Shown: positions 1-11,866, numbered from the stretch's first letter. The stretch: DNA of 40,000 bases from Azotobacter salinestris (GCF_009363155.1 NZ_CP045302.1:4563194-4603193), one strand, 5' to 3'. The notes: generated by a model from the letters alone, not told the origin. A program made the numbers and translations.

Positions 1-58
1 AACGCTATGCGCTGGCAGTCATCTCATGTACATGGCCGATCTGTAAGTCAGTAGCGAG

Positions 59-355
59 GTGTGCATGATGGATCCGGAAGCTCCTATCGAAATTCCTGCC
101 GATACTGAAGGTGAAATTCCAAGATCTCGCGATGAGCAGGGAGAGCGCGAGTCTGAAGAGGTCAAGGAGGTAAGGCGCAAATCAGGCTCTTTGAATGCCC
201 GGCGAGTCCGGGGGAGCCCTGATGAGTCGGGTGTTGAGGATGTGCCCGGCTATGACATCGAACTTCCACCGGATGCCAATGACGAGATCAAGGGATTGCC
301 CTCGGATATTGATCCGGATAGTGCGGATATTGATGGCCAGATCAATCCACTTTGA
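59..355 (+). CDS. hypothetical small acidic protein (98 aa)
   Basis: GTG-start ORF rich in D/E/P, followed by a hairpin plus T-run at 381..410. No family recognised. Confidence 0.4.
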   Translation: MCMMDPEAPIEIPADTEGEIPRSRDEQGERESEEVKEVRRKSGSLNARRVRGSPDESGVEDVPGYDIELPPDANDEIKGLPSDIDPDSADIDGQINPL

Positions 356-380
356 TTGTCCGGTTGGATGTGTTGGGAAG

Positions 381-410
381 GCCCGGTCAGTGCACCGGGC
401 TTTTTCTTCT
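381..410 (+). terminator. rho-independent terminator
   Basis: Stem GCCCGGT / ACCGGGC with a 6-nt loop, followed by TTTTTCTTCT. Confidence 0.7.
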
Positions 411-894
411 CTGGCTTCTGGAAGGCGCCATCGGGGTGAGGCCCGAATGTTGTTGTCGAACGGTATGGCGAGACGCCCGAAGGGCTCTGCGTGCGCTGTC
501 GTGGGTTTTTTCGTGGGGAAATACAGCATTAATTTATAAATGGTTCATGTTAGGATAAGCGTTTCAAAAGCAAGCGATTCGATCTGTTTCCCTTTTTGAC
601 TCAATGGATTAAGGCCATCCTGCCGCTGTCCTGAAGGGGTAGCTCGGTCAAGTCCTATTATGCTCGCAACTCTGAATTGAAAAGGCCGCGAAAGCGTCTT
701 TTTACAGGATGCTTGTCAGTGGCGCGGCTTTCTGAAAGCATCCCGCAGCTTTTACTTCCAGTGACTCCGGTTCGCTCGGTTCGGGCCTTCGGGCTTCTGC
801 CACCGTGAGGCAGGCATATCCGGCGAATCGCTTTACTGGCTCATCCCAACCCATGTGGCCTTTGGTAGGGGTCACCACTAGGAGAGGAGGCGCC

Positions 895-2817
895 ATGCCC
901 ACCATCACTCTTCCCGACGGCAGTCAACGTGCATTCGATCATCCGGTTTCGGTCGCCGAGGTCGCCCAGTCCATCGGCGCCGGCCTGGCCAAGGCCACCG
1001 TGGCCGGCAAGGTCGACGGCAGGCTGGTCGATGCCTGCGATCTGATCGACCATGATGCGACCCTGCAGATCATCACGCCGAAGGACGAGGAGGGGGTCGA
1101 GATCATCCGCCACTCCTGTGCCCACCTGGTCGGCCATGCGGTCAAGCAGCTGTATCCGACGGCGAAGATGGTGATCGGTCCGGTCATCGAGGAAGGTTTC
1201 TACTACGACATCGCCTACGAGCGTCCCTTCACGCCGGAGGACATGGCGGCCATCGAGCAGCGCATGCGCGAGCTGATCGACAAGGACTACGACGTCATCA
1301 AGAAGATGACCCCGCGCGAGCAGGTGATCGAGGTGTTCAGGTCCCGGGGCGAGGACTACAAGCTGCGCCTGGTCGACGACATGCCCGACGAGCAGGCGAT
1401 GGGGCTGTACTACCACGAGGAATACGTGGACATGTGCCGTGGTCCGCACGTGCCGAACACCCGCTTCCTCAAGGCCTTCAAGCTGACCAAGCTGTCCGGC
1501 GCTTATTGGCGCGGCGACGCCAAGAACGAGCAACTGCAGCGCGTCTACGGTACCGCCTGGGCGGACAAGAAGCAGCTGGCCGCCTACATCCAGCGCATCG
1601 AGGAGGCAGAGAAGCGCGATCATCGCAAGCTCGGCAAGCGCCTCGATCTGTTCCACACCCAGGAAGAAGCGCCGGGCATGGTCTTCTGGCATCCCAATGG
1701 CTGGATCGTCTACCAAGTGCTCGAGCAATACATGCGTACCGTCCAGCGGGAAAACGGCTATCTGGAGATCAAGACGCCGCAGGTGGTCGATCGCGTACTC
1801 TGGGAAAAGTCGGGGCACTGGGCAAACTATGCCGAGAACATGTTCACCACCGAATCGGAAAGCCGCGACTACGCGATCAAGCCGATGAACTGCCCGTGCC
1901 ATGTGCAGGTGTACAACCAGGGGCTGAAGAGCTACCGCGAGCTGCCGCTGCGTCTGGCCGAGTTCGGTGCCTGTCATCGCAACGAGCCGTCGGGTGCGCT
2001 GCACGGCATCATGCGCGTGCGCGGCTTCACCCAGGACGATGCGCACATCTTCTGCACCGAAGAGCAGATGCAGGCCGAGTCCGCCGCTTTCATCAAGCTG
2101 ACTCAACAGGTTTACGCCGACTTCGGCTTCCAGGACATCCAGCTGAAGCTGTCCACCCGTCCGGAAAAGCGCGTCGGTTCCGACGATCTGTGGGATCGTG
2201 CCGAGGGTGCGCTGGCCGCGGCCCTGGAGACTGCCGGCCTGCCCTATGATCTGCAGCCGGGCGAAGGTGCTTTCTACGGCCCGAAGATCGAGTTTTCCCT
2301 GAAGGACTGCCTGGGGCGTGTCTGGCAGTGTGGCACCCTGCAGTTGGACTTCAACCTGCCGGTCCGTCTCGGAGCCGAGTACGTCAGCGAGAACAACGAC
2401 CGCCAGCATCCGGTGATGCTGCACCGGGCGATCCTGGGCTCCTTCGAGCGTTTCATCGGCATCCTGATCGAGCACTACGAAGGCGCTTTCCCGGCCTGGC
2501 TGGCGCCGACTCAGGCGGTGATCATGAACATCACCGACAAGCAGGGCGAATTCGCGCTTGAAGTCGAGCGGATGCTCAATCAAAGCGGTTTTCGTGCCAG
2601 GTCCGACTTGAGAAACGAAAAGATCGGTTTTAAAATCCGCGAGCATACTTTGCTCAAGGTTCCCTATCTCTTGGTGGTCGGAGATCGGGAAGTTGAGACG
2701 CGAGCCGTAGCTGTGCGCACCCGCGAAGGGGTCGATCTGGGCTCGATGCCCGTCGAACAGTTCCGCGAGATGCTGGCGCAGGCGGTAGCCCGGCGTGGTC
2801 GCCAAGAATTGGAGTAA
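895..2817 (+). CDS. thrS: threonyl-tRNA synthetase
   Basis: 640 aa starting [12 protein letters not shown], with TGS, editing and class II core motifs. RBS AGGAGAGGAGG lies upstream of ATG 895. The track ORF start at 805 is an upstream extension. Confidence 0.97.
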   Translation: MPTITLPDGSQRAFDHPVSVAEVAQSIGAGLAKATVAGKVDGRLVDACDLIDHDATLQIITPKDEEGVEIIRHSCAHLVGHAVKQLYPTAKMVIGPVIEEGFYYDIAYERPFTPEDMAAIEQRMRELIDKDYDVIKKMTPREQVIEVFRSRGEDYKLRLVDDMPDEQAMGLYYHEEYVDMCRGPHVPNTRFLKAFKLTKLSGAYWRGDAKNEQLQRVYGTAWADKKQLAAYIQRIEEAEKRDHRKLGKRLDLFHTQEEAPGMVFWHPNGWIVYQVLEQYMRTVQRENGYLEIKTPQVVDRVLWEKSGHWANYAENMFTTESESRDYAIKPMNCPCHVQVYNQGLKSYRELPLRLAEFGACHRNEPSGALHGIMRVRGFTQDDAHIFCTEEQMQAESAAFIKLTQQVYADFGFQDIQLKLSTRPEKRVGSDDLWDRAEGALAAALETAGLPYDLQPGEGAFYGPKIEFSLKDCLGRVWQCGTLQLDFNLPVRLGAEYVSENNDRQHPVMLHRAILGSFERFIGILIEHYEGAFPAWLAPTQAVIMNITDKQGEFALEVERMLNQSGFRARSDLRNEKIGFKIREHTLLKVPYLLVVGDREVETRAVAVRTREGVDLGSMPVEQFREMLAQAVARRGRQELE

Positions 2818-2819
2818 TC

Positions 2820-3368
2820 ATTATTAAGCGTGAAATGAGACAAGATAGAAAAGCTCAACCGAAAGCCCCGATCAACGAGAATATCTCGGCACGCGAGGTT
2901 CGGTTAATTGGAGTGGACGGCGAGCAGATTGGCATCGTCTCGATTGATGAAGCGCTTCGCGTAGCGGAAGAGGCCAAGCTGGATCTGGTCGAGATTTCCG
3001 CTGACGCGGTACCGCCCGTGTGCCGGATCATGGACTACGGCAAGCACCTGTTCGAGAAGAAGAAGCAGGTCGCGGCGGCGAAAAAGAACCAGAAACAGGT
3101 CCAGATCAAGGAAATCAAGTTCCGACCAGGGACGGAAGAAGGGGATTACCAGGTAAAACTACGCAACCTGGTACGTTTCCTTAGCGATGGGGACAAGGCC
3201 AAGGTATCCCTGCGATTCCGCGGCCGCGAGATGGCTCACCAGGAGCTGGGCATGGAGCTGTTGAAGCGGGTCGAAACCGACCTCGTCGAATATGGCGCCG
3301 TCGAACAGCATCCGAAGATGGAAGGACGCCAACTGATCATGGTCATCGCCCCCAAAAAGAAAAAATAA
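2820..3368 (+). CDS. infC: translation initiation factor IF-3, probable non-canonical ATT start
   Basis: IF-3 sequence (REVRLIG...DYGK...). In-frame ATT ATT AAG CGT GAA precedes ATG 2835, with GGAG at 2811..2814. infC classically starts at AUU. Exact start is 2820 or 2823 (uncertain). Confidence 0.9.
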   Translation: MIKREMRQDRKAQPKAPINENISAREVRLIGVDGEQIGIVSIDEALRVAEEAKLDLVEISADAVPPVCRIMDYGKHLFEKKKQVAAAKKNQKQVQIKEIKFRPGTEEGDYQVKLRNLVRFLSDGDKAKVSLRFRGREMAHQELGMELLKRVETDLVEYGAVEQHPKMEGRQLIMVIAPKKKK

Positions 3369-3430
3369 CCCACCAGGGCACTGGCAGGCCTTGCGGTTAT
3401 GTATATTGACTGAATGCGGAGTATCCGAAC

Positions 3431-3625
3431 ATGCCAAAGATGAAAACCAAGAGCGGTGCCAAGAAGCGCTTCAAGCCGACTGCGAACGGCTTCAAGCACA
3501 AGCACGCTTTCAAGAGCCACATCCTGACCAAGATGACGACCAAGCGTAAGCGTCAGCTGCGCGGCACCTCGCTGATGCATCCGTCCGACGTCGCCAAAGT
3601 CGAGCGCATGCTGCGCGTTCGTTAA
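3431..3625 (+). CDS. rpmI: 50S ribosomal protein L35
   Basis: 64 aa, [15 protein letters not shown]..., in the conserved infC-rpmI-rplT order. Confidence 0.97.
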   Translation: MPKMKTKSGAKKRFKPTANGFKHKHAFKSHILTKMTTKRKRQLRGTSLMHPSDVAKVERMLRVR

Positions 3626-3655
3626 TTCCGGTCAAGATTCTAGAGGTAACTACTC

Positions 3656-4012
3656 ATGGCTCGTGTTAAGCGTGGCGTTATCGCCCGTCGCCGTCACAAG
3701 AAAATCCTGAAACTCGCCAAGGGCTACTACGGTGCGCGTTCCCGCGTATTCCGCGTCGCCAAGCAGGCGGTGATCAAGGCAGGCCAGTATGCCTACCGTG
3801 ACCGCCGTCAGCGCAAGCGTCAATTCCGTGCCCTGTGGATCGCCCGTATCAACGCTGGTGCCCGTCAGAACGGTCTGTCCTACAGCCGTCTGATCGCCGG
3901 TCTGAAAAGGGCGGCCATCGAGATCGACCGCAAGGTTCTGTCCGATCTGGCAGTGAACGAGAAAGCGGCGTTCGCCGCGATTGTCGAGAAGGCCAAAGCC
4001 GTTCTGGCTTGA
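3656..4012 (+). CDS. rplT: 50S ribosomal protein L20
   Basis: 118 aa, [30 protein letters not shown]... Confidence 0.97.
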   Translation: MARVKRGVIARRRHKKILKLAKGYYGARSRVFRVAKQAVIKAGQYAYRDRRQRKRQFRALWIARINAGARQNGLSYSRLIAGLKRAAIEIDRKVLSDLAVNEKAAFAAIVEKAKAVLA

Positions 4013-4057
4013 TCCCCCCCGACAATCACCGGGTTCGCCCGGTGCCGAACGTCACCG

Positions 4058-4095
4058 ATAGGGGAAGAGCCTAGTGCTCTTCCCCTATTTCGTAT
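4058..4095 (+). terminator. 13-bp perfect hairpin after rplT (terminator or attenuator ahead of pheS)
   Basis: ATAGGGGAAGAGC-ctagt-GCTCTTCCCCTAT followed by TTCGTAT (weak T-run). A second hairpin lies at 4027..4044 (CACCGGG-ttcg-CCCGGTG). Confidence 0.55.
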
Positions 4096-4099
4096 CTGA

Positions 4100-5227
<1,128 letters not shown>

Positions 5228-5263
5228 GGCCGCAACCGTAATCGAATTCTTTGGGAGAACAGG

Positions 5264-7642
5264 ATGAAATTCAGCGAACAATGGCTGCGGGACTGGGTCA
5301 ATCCGCAGGTGTCCCGCGACGAATTGGTGGCCCGCCTGTCCATGGCCGGTCTCGAGGTCGACAGCGTCACGCCGGTGGCGGGGGCCTTTTCCGGTGTGGT
5401 GGTGGGCGAGATCCTCGCCACCGAGCCGCATCCGGACGCCGACAAGCTGCGCGTCTGCCAGGTGAGCAACGGCAGCGAAACCTTCCAGGTGGTCTGCGGT
5501 GCGCCCAATGCCCGTCCGGGCATCAGGGTCCCCTTCGCCATGATCGGTGCCGTACTCGGTGACGACTTCAAGATCAAGAAGGCCAAGCTGCGTGGTGTGG
5601 AATCCTTCGGCATGCTCTGCTCGGCAGCCGAGCTCAGGATCAGCGAGGAGAACGACGGCCTGCTGGAACTGCCGGCCGATGCGCCGGTAGGGCAGGACAT
5701 CCGCACCTATCTCGATCTGGACGATGCCAGCATCGAGGTGGACCTGACCCCCAACCGTGGCGACTGCCTGTCCCTGGCCGGCCTGGCCCGCGAGGTAGGT
5801 GCCCTCTACGGCGCTCCGGTCGCTCGCCCGTCGGTCGCCAGCGTGCCGCCGGTACATGACGAAGTGCGTCCGGTCGAGGTGCTGGCATCGCAGGCCTGCC
5901 CTCGTTATCTGGGGCGCGTGGTGCGCAACGTCGACCTGTCGCGGCCGACTCCGCAGTGGATGGTCGAGCGCCTGCGCCGCTCCGGTGTTCGCGCCATCGA
6001 CCCGGCGGTCGATGTCACCAACTACGTGATGCTCGAGCTGGGTCAACCGATGCATGCCTTCGATCTTGCCGAGATCCATGGCGGTGTCCGCGTGCGCATG
6101 GCCGAGGAGGGCGAGAAGCTGGTCCTGCTCGACGGCCAGGAGGTCAGCCTGCGTGCCGATACCCTGGTGATCGCCGACCACCAGCGCGCCCTGGCGATCG
6201 CCGGCGTGATGGGCGGCGAACACAGTGGCGTTGCCAAGGGTACCCGTGACCTGTTCCTGGAAAGTGCCTTCTTCGACACCATCGCCATCGCTGGCAAAGC
6301 GCGCTCCTATGGTCTGCACACCGATGCCTCGCACCGCTTCGAGCGCGGTGTCGATTGGCAACTGGCCCGCGAAGCCATGGAGCGTGCCACTGCGCTGCTG
6401 CTGGAGATTGTCGGTGGCGAGCCCGGCCCCATCATCGAGGTGGTCGATCCGTCGAGCCTGCCGCAGGTGGCGCCGATCACCCTGCGTGCCGAGCGCATCG
6501 AGCAGATGCTCGGCCTGCGCATGGAGGCCGCCGAAGTCGAGCGCCTGCTGGTCGCACTGGGGCTGACGGTCAGCTCCACTGCGGCCAGCCAGTGGCAGGT
6601 TGGGGTGCCCAGCCATCGTTTCGATATCGGTCTCGAAGTGGATCTGATCGAGGAGCTCGGCCGCCTGCATGGCTACAACAACCTGCCGGTCCGCTATCCG
6701 CAGGCACGCCTGGCACCGCAGGCGCGTGCCGAGGCCCGCGGTGAACTGCCGGTGCTGCGCCGTCTGCTGGTCGCGCGCGGCTACCAGGAGGCGATCACCT
6801 ACAGCTTCATCGATCCCAAGCTGTTCGAGCTCTTCACTCCGGGCGTCGAGCCGCTGGCCCTGGCCAATCCGATTTCCGCGGACATGGCGGTCATGCGGGC
6901 CTCGCTCTGGCCTGGACTGCTCAAGGCGCTGCAGTACAACCTGAACCGCCAGCAGTCCCGCGTGCGTCTGTTCGAGAGCGGCCTGCGTTTCGTCGGTCGG
7001 CTGGACAACCTCAAGCAGGAGCCCGTGCTGGCTGGCGTCATCACCGGCAGCCGTCTGCCGGAAAGCTGGAGCCATGGCCGGGATGCGGTGGACTTCTACG
7101 ATGCCAAGGCGGATGTGGAGGCTCTGCTTGCCACCGCCGGCGCCGCCGACGAATATCGTTTCGTCAGTGGCGAGCATCCTGCGCTACATCCGGGGCAGAC
7201 CGCACGGATCGAGCGCAAGGGACGTCTGGTCGGCTTCCTGGGTGCCCTGCATCCCGAACTGGGCAAGGCGCTGGGGTTGGATCAGCCGGTCTTCCTGTTC
7301 GAGCTGGTCCTGGCGGAAATCGCTGCCGGTCGCCTGCCGGCTTTCCGCGAGCTTTCGCGCTTCCCCGAGGTGCGCCGCGATCTCGCGCTGATCGTCGATT
7401 GCGATACTCCGGCAGAGGCGGTGCTGCAGGCCATTCGCGAGGCGGCAGGGGAATATCTGACCGACCTGCGTCTGTTCGATGTGTATCAGGGTAAAGGTAT
7501 TGATCCGCAACGAAAAAGCCTGGCTGTCGGCTTGACCTGGCAACATCCATCGCGCACTCTTAACGATGATGAGGTGAACAGTACAACCCAGAACATCCTC
7601 ACCTCGCTGGAAGAAAGGTTCAATGCGACGTTAAGGAAGTAG
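5264..7642 (+). CDS. pheT: phenylalanyl-tRNA synthetase beta subunit
   Basis: 792 aa, [14 protein letters not shown]..., with tRNA-binding, B3/4, B5 and FDX-ACB regions recognisable. Confidence 0.97.
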   Translation: MKFSEQWLRDWVNPQVSRDELVARLSMAGLEVDSVTPVAGAFSGVVVGEILATEPHPDADKLRVCQVSNGSETFQVVCGAPNARPGIRVPFAMIGAVLGDDFKIKKAKLRGVESFGMLCSAAELRISEENDGLLELPADAPVGQDIRTYLDLDDASIEVDLTPNRGDCLSLAGLAREVGALYGAPVARPSVASVPPVHDEVRPVEVLASQACPRYLGRVVRNVDLSRPTPQWMVERLRRSGVRAIDPAVDVTNYVMLELGQPMHAFDLAEIHGGVRVRMAEEGEKLVLLDGQEVSLRADTLVIADHQRALAIAGVMGGEHSGVAKGTRDLFLESAFFDTIAIAGKARSYGLHTDASHRFERGVDWQLAREAMERATALLLEIVGGEPGPIIEVVDPSSLPQVAPITLRAERIEQMLGLRMEAAEVERLLVALGLTVSSTAASQWQVGVPSHRFDIGLEVDLIEELGRLHGYNNLPVRYPQARLAPQARAEARGELPVLRRLLVARGYQEAITYSFIDPKLFELFTPGVEPLALANPISADMAVMRASLWPGLLKALQYNLNRQQSRVRLFESGLRFVGRLDNLKQEPVLAGVITGSRLPESWSHGRDAVDFYDAKADVEALLATAGAADEYRFVSGEHPALHPGQTARIERKGRLVGFLGALHPELGKALGLDQPVFLFELVLAEIAAGRLPAFRELSRFPEVRRDLALIVDCDTPAEAVLQAIREAAGEYLTDLRLFDVYQGKGIDPQRKSLAVGLTWQHPSRTLNDDEVNSTTQNILTSLEERFNATLRK

Positions 7643-7647
7643 CGTAT

Positions 7648-7950
7648 ATGGGGGCTCTGACGAAAGCTGAGATGGCAGAACGTCTCTACGAGGAGCTTGG
7701 CCTGAATAAACGAGAAGCCAAGGAATTGGTGGAGCTGTTCTTCGAGGAAATCCGCCAGGCACTGGAGCACAACGAGCAGGTCAAATTGTCCGGTTTCGGC
7801 AATTTCGACCTGCGCGACAAGCGCCAGCGGCCTGGTCGCAACCCCAAGACGGGGGAGGAAATCCCGATCACGGCACGGCGTGTCGTCACCTTTCGTCCAG
7901 GGCAGAAGCTGAAAGCCAGGGTTGAAGCCTATGCTGGAACCAAGCCATAA
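7648..7950 (+). CDS. ihfA: integration host factor alpha subunit
   Basis: 100 aa, ...[26 protein letters not shown]..., the canonical IHF/HU fold signature. Confidence 0.96.
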   Translation: MGALTKAEMAERLYEELGLNKREAKELVELFFEEIRQALEHNEQVKLSGFGNFDLRDKRQRPGRNPKTGEEIPITARRVVTFRPGQKLKARVEAYAGTKP

Positions 7951-8287
7951 CGACGAACTGCCTCCCATCCCCGGGAAGCGTTACTTCACCATTGGCGAGG
8001 TCAGTGAGCTGTGTGCGGTCAAGCCGCACGTGTTGCGTTACTGGGAACAGGAATTTCCCCAGATCAACCCGGTCAAGCGTCGGGGCAATCGGCGCTACTA
8101 TCAGCGTCAGGATGTCCTGATGATCCGGCATATTCGCGCCCTGCTGTACGAGCAGGGCTTCACCATCGGCGGGGCGCGCCTGCGCCTTTCCGGGGACGAA
8201 GCCAAGGAAGAAACCACCCAATACCGGCAACTGATTCGACAGACGATCGCCGAGTTGGAGGATGTTCTCCAGGTTTTGCGCAAGTAG
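7931..8287 (+). CDS. MerR-family transcriptional regulator
   Basis: 118 aa from ATG 7931, overlapping the ihfA 3' end. N-terminal MerR HTH ([25 protein letters not shown]...RRGNRRYY). Confidence 0.85.
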   Translation: MLEPSHNDELPPIPGKRYFTIGEVSELCAVKPHVLRYWEQEFPQINPVKRRGNRRYYQRQDVLMIRHIRALLYEQGFTIGGARLRLSGDEAKEETTQYRQLIRQTIAELEDVLQVLRK

Positions 8288-8306
8288 CCGAAGTCGCAAA
8301 AAAAAC

Positions 8307-8335
8307 TTCCACTTTTCAGAAGCTTAATATATAGT
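8307..8335 (+). promoter_or_regulatory. candidate sigma70 promoter for tRNA-Pro
   Basis: TTCCAC, 17 nt, TATAGT, about 30 nt upstream of the tRNA 5' end. Confidence 0.35.
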
Positions 8336-8366
8336 TCGACCCGCTCCAGCGAGTTGGGGCAAAGAG

Positions 8367-8444
<78 letters not shown>

Positions 8445-8460
8445 ATGAATTCAATGACTT

Positions 8461-8490
8461 AGCCGCTTTCGAGCGGTTTTGTTATTTTTG
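8461..8490 (+). terminator. rho-independent terminator after the tRNA
   Basis: CCGCT-ttcg-AGCGG followed by TTTTGTTATTTTT. Confidence 0.55.
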
Positions 8491-8522
8491 GCCTAGTGAC
8501 TTTTCAAGTAACTCGGCCTTTT

Positions 8523-9692
8523 TTATCCCTGCCTCCTTTTCAGGATCGTCAGCGCCGGAGCGCGACTGTCGGTTGCTGATACCTTGTTCGCCGCATCAAT
8601 CAGCTGGTCGAGTTCTGCCGCCGAATAGTGGCTGGTGATGCTTCCATTCTTGTGGCCCAATAGGGCCTTCCTGTCCTCCTCGGTTACGCCTGCCGCCCTA
8701 AGCCGTCTGCCAAACGTATGCTTTAGGTCGTGGATGCGTATCGAGGCGAATCCTGGGTGAGCCGGCGTCTTGTGGATCTCCTCCCACTTGGCAGCCGACC
8801 TAACCCTGGCCTTCCTCCAGGCGCTGTCGTTCATCCGGTGGACTGCAGTTGGCCCGAACTGGTCTGGATTTCCGTAGGGGAACACCAGTGATGGGTGTAG
8901 GCCGCGCTGCCCATCAATCACCCGCCTGGCTACGTCATTCAGAACGACAAGACGCTCGTCGCGGTTCTTAACGCCAGACTGCTCACGCCTCCCACCGAAT
9001 TCTGCCGGGATCAGGAAAACGCTGGTCCCGAGTTCTGGCACGGCGATTTCCCATTCCCACCTGAGCTTGCAAACCTCCTGCTCTCGGCACCCGGTGTTAA
9101 CCTTGTACAAGGCCATTCTCCGAAGGTGGTCGGGAAGCTCCGCGAACAGCAGGCTCTGTTCCTCCCACGACAGCGGGTACGGTTTTCGGCTGGCCCGCTT
9201 CTCATCCAGTTTGGCGATCATCGGCACTGTGTCGAGCCACGGTTTGCTGTTGTCGTCCCGCCACTTCCTAGCGCACAGGTTCAGGATCCTGATTACCCTC
9301 TCCAGCGCGATGTTCACCGTCCTGTTCGACGCTCCGCCTTGGAGCTTGTCCTTTATGTAGGGAGCCAAGGACCTGTCATCTATGCGGGACAGTGGTAGAT
9401 CGCCTATGTACGAGTCGAGCTGCTCCAGGTAGATCGCCGTCAGCCAGATGGAAGGCTGGTTCTGGAACTCGATCAGATAGCGGGTTGCGGCCTCCTGCCA
9501 CTGGATGACAGGGCGAACCCCGTACACTTTTTCCTGCCGCAACTGCTCCAGCCGATGGATCAGGTACTGCTCTGCTTCTTCCCGGTCACAAGTTCCAGTG
9601 CTTTCCTGAATCCGTTCTCCTTTGTACCTTTTGTCGATTTTCCAGATGCCGTTCGGCATTTTCTGGAGCCCTGAGATTGTTTTTCGCGCCAT
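8523..9692 (-). CDS. int: tyrosine-type phage integrase
   Basis: 389 aa. C-terminal catalytic signature ...IRIHDLKHTFGRRLRAAGV...LLGHKNGSITSHYS (R..HxxR..Y). Adjacent to the tRNA. Confidence 0.95.
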   Translation of the reverse strand: MARKTISGLQKMPNGIWKIDKRYKGERIQESTGTCDREEAEQYLIHRLEQLRQEKVYGVRPVIQWQEAATRYLIEFQNQPSIWLTAIYLEQLDSYIGDLPLSRIDDRSLAPYIKDKLQGGASNRTVNIALERVIRILNLCARKWRDDNSKPWLDTVPMIAKLDEKRASRKPYPLSWEEQSLLFAELPDHLRRMALYKVNTGCREQEVCKLRWEWEIAVPELGTSVFLIPAEFGGRREQSGVKNRDERLVVLNDVARRVIDGQRGLHPSLVFPYGNPDQFGPTAVHRMNDSAWRKARVRSAAKWEEIHKTPAHPGFASIRIHDLKHTFGRRLRAAGVTEEDRKALLGHKNGSITSHYSAAELDQLIDAANKVSATDSRAPALTILKRRQG

Positions 9693-9985
9693 TGCTGTTC
9701 TCCTTTGCTTTGGCGCTCGCTGCGGGCGGATTGTTGCCCCGTAGCGCCTGCTTTATCAATTGCTGCTCGTTCAACATAGGCGTCAGCCCATGCGTCCAGT
9801 TCTTCACGATCGAACCCGACGCCCTGCTTCCCGATGGGGAACTCACGGACATAAGGCCTGACCGTATTTGCAAATTCGGTCTTGCACATGCCGAGGTATG
9901 CCGGAGCATCGCCGGCCCGGATGAATCGCGGGGCAATATCCTGCCGGCGCTGCCGAGTGATCGGCTGCGCTACTTCTGCGCTCAT
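9560..9985 (-). CDS. excisionase/AlpA-like DNA-binding protein (putative Xis)
   Basis: Positioned upstream of int. Core FIRAGDAPAYLGMCKTEFANTVRPYVREFPIGKQGVGFDREELDAW resembles excisionase-type winged HTH proteins. RBS GGGAGA. The 3' end overlaps int by 133 nt, so the true C-terminus is uncertain. Confidence 0.55.
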   Translation of the reverse strand: MSAEVAQPITRQRRQDIAPRFIRAGDAPAYLGMCKTEFANTVRPYVREFPIGKQGVGFDREELDAWADAYVERAAIDKAGATGQQSARSERQSKGEQQWREKQSQGSRKCRTASGKSTKGTKENGFRKALELVTGKKQSST

Positions 9986-10032
9986 TGAGTCTCCCTGCCC
10001 CGGCCTGGCCGGGGAGTGTGGGCGGGGTTGGG

Positions 10033-10335
10033 TTAGGCTTGGCCGGTGGCCTTGGCTATTGCGGCGCGGGCTATATCTCCCGCGTGATACCGGGTTCCGC
10101 CCTTGCCTTCGTGTACAGCCAGAAGATTCTCAAGCGCCTCCAGCAGGCTCGGTGCGGCGGCGATCAGGCGGGCGTCATGATCATTCTCAAGCCCTGTTTC
10201 TGGTTCTGCCGCATACCAAACAACGGCCTTGCCTTCATGATTTTCAACTCCAAGCCCAGGCAATGAGCTTGGGCCTTCATAGTCCTCTGGAGTGAATACT
10301 CGCCAAGGCCCTGGCGTGTGCTTATGTTCAGACAT
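10033..10335 (-). CDS. hypothetical phage protein with the TPGPW...LIAAAP motif (Ead/Ea22-like C-terminal type)
   Basis: 100 aa from ATG 10335 (RBS GGAGAGAG). Shares the motif HTPGPW...ARLIAAAPSLLEALENLL with CDS 29127..30005. The track ORF to 10506 is an extension. Confidence 0.65.
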   Translation of the reverse strand: MSEHKHTPGPWRVFTPEDYEGPSSLPGLGVENHEGKAVVWYAAEPETGLENDHDARLIAAAPSLLEALENLLAVHEGKGGTRYHAGDIARAAIAKATGQA

Positions 10336-10373
10336 GACTCTCTCCGCGCCGCCCGTGGGCAGCGGTGGTAAGT

Positions 10374-10400
10374 GGGTATGGGGGGATGGGGGGATGGGGG
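10374..10400 (+). repeat. G-tract repeat (GGG / GGGGGG / GGGGGG / GGGGG separated by AT), G-quadruplex-capable
   Basis: GGGTATGGGGGGATGGGGGGATGGGGG in the 65-nt intergenic gap. Confidence 0.6.
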
Positions 10401-10745
10401 TTAGCGGATAGTTCCGCCGAGGGCCTTGATTGCTGCCTTGATCTCGTCGAGCTTGTCCTTCGGTGCCTGTACGCTCAGGAACACGCTGCTCTGGAGCTTG
10501 CGCCACTTTCGGAACTGAGTCTCCAGATCACGCTCATCGCCATTCTCCAGGCAGATCGCTCCGCCAATGATCTTGATGTCTTGATCGTCGGTAAGAGTTC
10601 CCGGGTCTGTGCCATCGAACTCGTCGGTCAGCGCGCCGTCGACCATCAAAGTCAGACCTTCCACGTAGGCCCCGTCCGGCCAGAACATCGGGTCATCCGA
10701 AGCCCAGAACGCCTGAAGTTCGCTCGCCGTGGTTTTTGTCGTCAT
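10401..10745 (-). CDS. hypothetical phage protein (114 aa)
   Basis: Start ATG 10745 overlaps the upstream stop (ATGA). High third-position GC. Begins MTTKTTASELQAFW... Confidence 0.7.
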   Translation of the reverse strand: MTTKTTASELQAFWASDDPMFWPDGAYVEGLTLMVDGALTDEFDGTDPGTLTDDQDIKIIGGAICLENGDERDLETQFRKWRKLQSSVFLSVQAPKDKLDEIKAAIKALGGTIR

Positions 10746-11344
10746 CGGCTGGCCTCCAGGGCTACGTCGATGGCTATGTCGACCTTGACCGATTCGACCT
10801 CGCTTGGCTGAGACCAAGCGGGGTGCTCTCCTGGGATATCCTCGACTGCCATGCGCTCGCGCAGCCACCGATAGCGATCCGCATCCTTGCGCAGGGCCTC
10901 GACCTCGGCGTTAGCGTCCAGGAGTCCTGCCTTCCAATACTCGGCAGTCCCGCGAGCTTGTTCGACCTCGGCGCGCAGATCATCAACAGTCGACTGGTAT
11001 TTACCGATCAGTTCGGTGTCTGCTGCGGCCTGGTTTTCCAACTCCCTGCACCGCTCTGCCAGCTGGTCGCGCTCCTGAATCGCCTCGCGGATCAACGACA
11101 TGACTTCGATCAGCTTCGTGTCATCGGTCAGCTGGTCGAACTCCATCTTGCCCAATGCACATACCACGGACGCGAGCCGGATTGCCTCCTGCTGCCACTG
11201 ATCCCGCTCCGCCTGCATCTTCCTCCCGCCCTCGACCAGCTCGCTGACGATGCGGTCGTGGTCGGCGGCATCTACCACCTCGACGACTGAGCCGTCACCA
11301 GGTCGCTCGGTGGCTCGCCAGCGATGAACTCCGTCATTCGCCAT
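10742..11344 (-). CDS. hypothetical coiled-coil phage protein (200 aa)
   Basis: Long heptad-like E/Q/R/L-rich centre. Translationally coupled on both sides. Confidence 0.75.
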   Translation of the reverse strand: MANDGVHRWRATERPGDGSVVEVVDAADHDRIVSELVEGGRKMQAERDQWQQEAIRLASVVCALGKMEFDQLTDDTKLIEVMSLIREAIQERDQLAERCRELENQAAADTELIGKYQSTVDDLRAEVEQARGTAEYWKAGLLDANAEVEALRKDADRYRWLRERMAVEDIPGEHPAWSQPSEVESVKVDIAIDVALEASR

Positions 11345-11588
11345 GGCGGGCCTCCTTTGCGGTCAGCATCCAGTCAGGCAGGCACGACAGGCTTTTCCCG
11401 CCATTGACGCTATGTAGCCAGCAGGTTACTCGGTGCTCGTCGTCATGCCAGGTTTTAAGCCAATCCCCATGTACCTCGGTTGGCGCGCCTGCGGGCGGGG
11501 TAGGTTCTATCTTGCATGCAGCCAACAGCAGGGCCGCAAGGACAACCAATAGGCGCATCATGGTCTTGCGGCAGATGAGGTCGCTCAT
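11334..11588 (-). CDS. small putative lipoprotein
   Basis: Signal peptide MMRLLVVLAALLLAAC with lipobox LAAC. ATG 11588 forms an ATGA overlap with the upstream gene. Internal Met 11561 is an alternative start. Confidence 0.7.
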   Translation of the reverse strand: MSDLICRKTMMRLLVVLAALLLAACKIEPTPPAGAPTEVHGDWLKTWHDDEHRVTCWLHSVNGGKSLSCLPDWMLTAKEARHGE

Positions 11589-11866
11589 GCGCCACCTCCA
11601 AGCAGATCACGCAGAGCCACGGTTTTGATTTCGATCAAACGGTCAACATCCCATCGCAATCCATTTTCAAGCACGCCTGTCCAAGTAGTTCTGGCCCGGC
11701 GCATTTCGATTAGATAGTCAAGTGCATCTCTTGATCCGTTCGCGCTGTCAATATTGACCATTGACATCTGCCTGCGCAGGTCGGTGTTAGTAGGCTGTCC
11801 GTGGTCTGCCAACCATTGATCGCTGCGATCCATAATCGCAAAGTCGAATTCATTTTCGGTGCTCAT
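11585..11866 (-). CDS. hypothetical phage protein (93 aa)
   Basis: ATG 11866 in an ATGA overlap. Ends ...LRDLLGGGA. Confidence 0.65.
   Translation of the reverse strand: MSTENEFDFAIMDRSDQWLADHGQPTNTDLRRQMSMVNIDSANGSRDALDYLIEMRRARTTWTGVLENGLRWDVDRLIEIKTVALRDLLGGGA

Noticed and set aside
560-894. Long thrS 5' leader with hairpins (for example GGATGCTT...AAGCATCC at about 700..740) as a possible ThrRS operator or tRNA-mimic
   Set aside because: I could not identify an anticodon-arm mimic or a convincing promoter by eye. There is no basis beyond its length, so it is left unreported as a feature.
841-2805. 654-aa ORF on the minus strand opposite thrS
   Set aside because: It is the antisense shadow of a highly conserved gene in GC-rich DNA. 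The composition is low-complexity (R/A/G/L/V/H-rich) and there is no RBS. thrS on the plus strand explains the region.
9560-9692. The 133-nt overlap of the xis-like ORF with int as evidence for a frameshift or pseudogene
   Set aside because: Both frames are open and I cannot tell by eye where the Xis-like protein really ends. The overlap may simply be a non-functional read-through tail. It is noted in the feature evidence rather than claimed as an anomaly.
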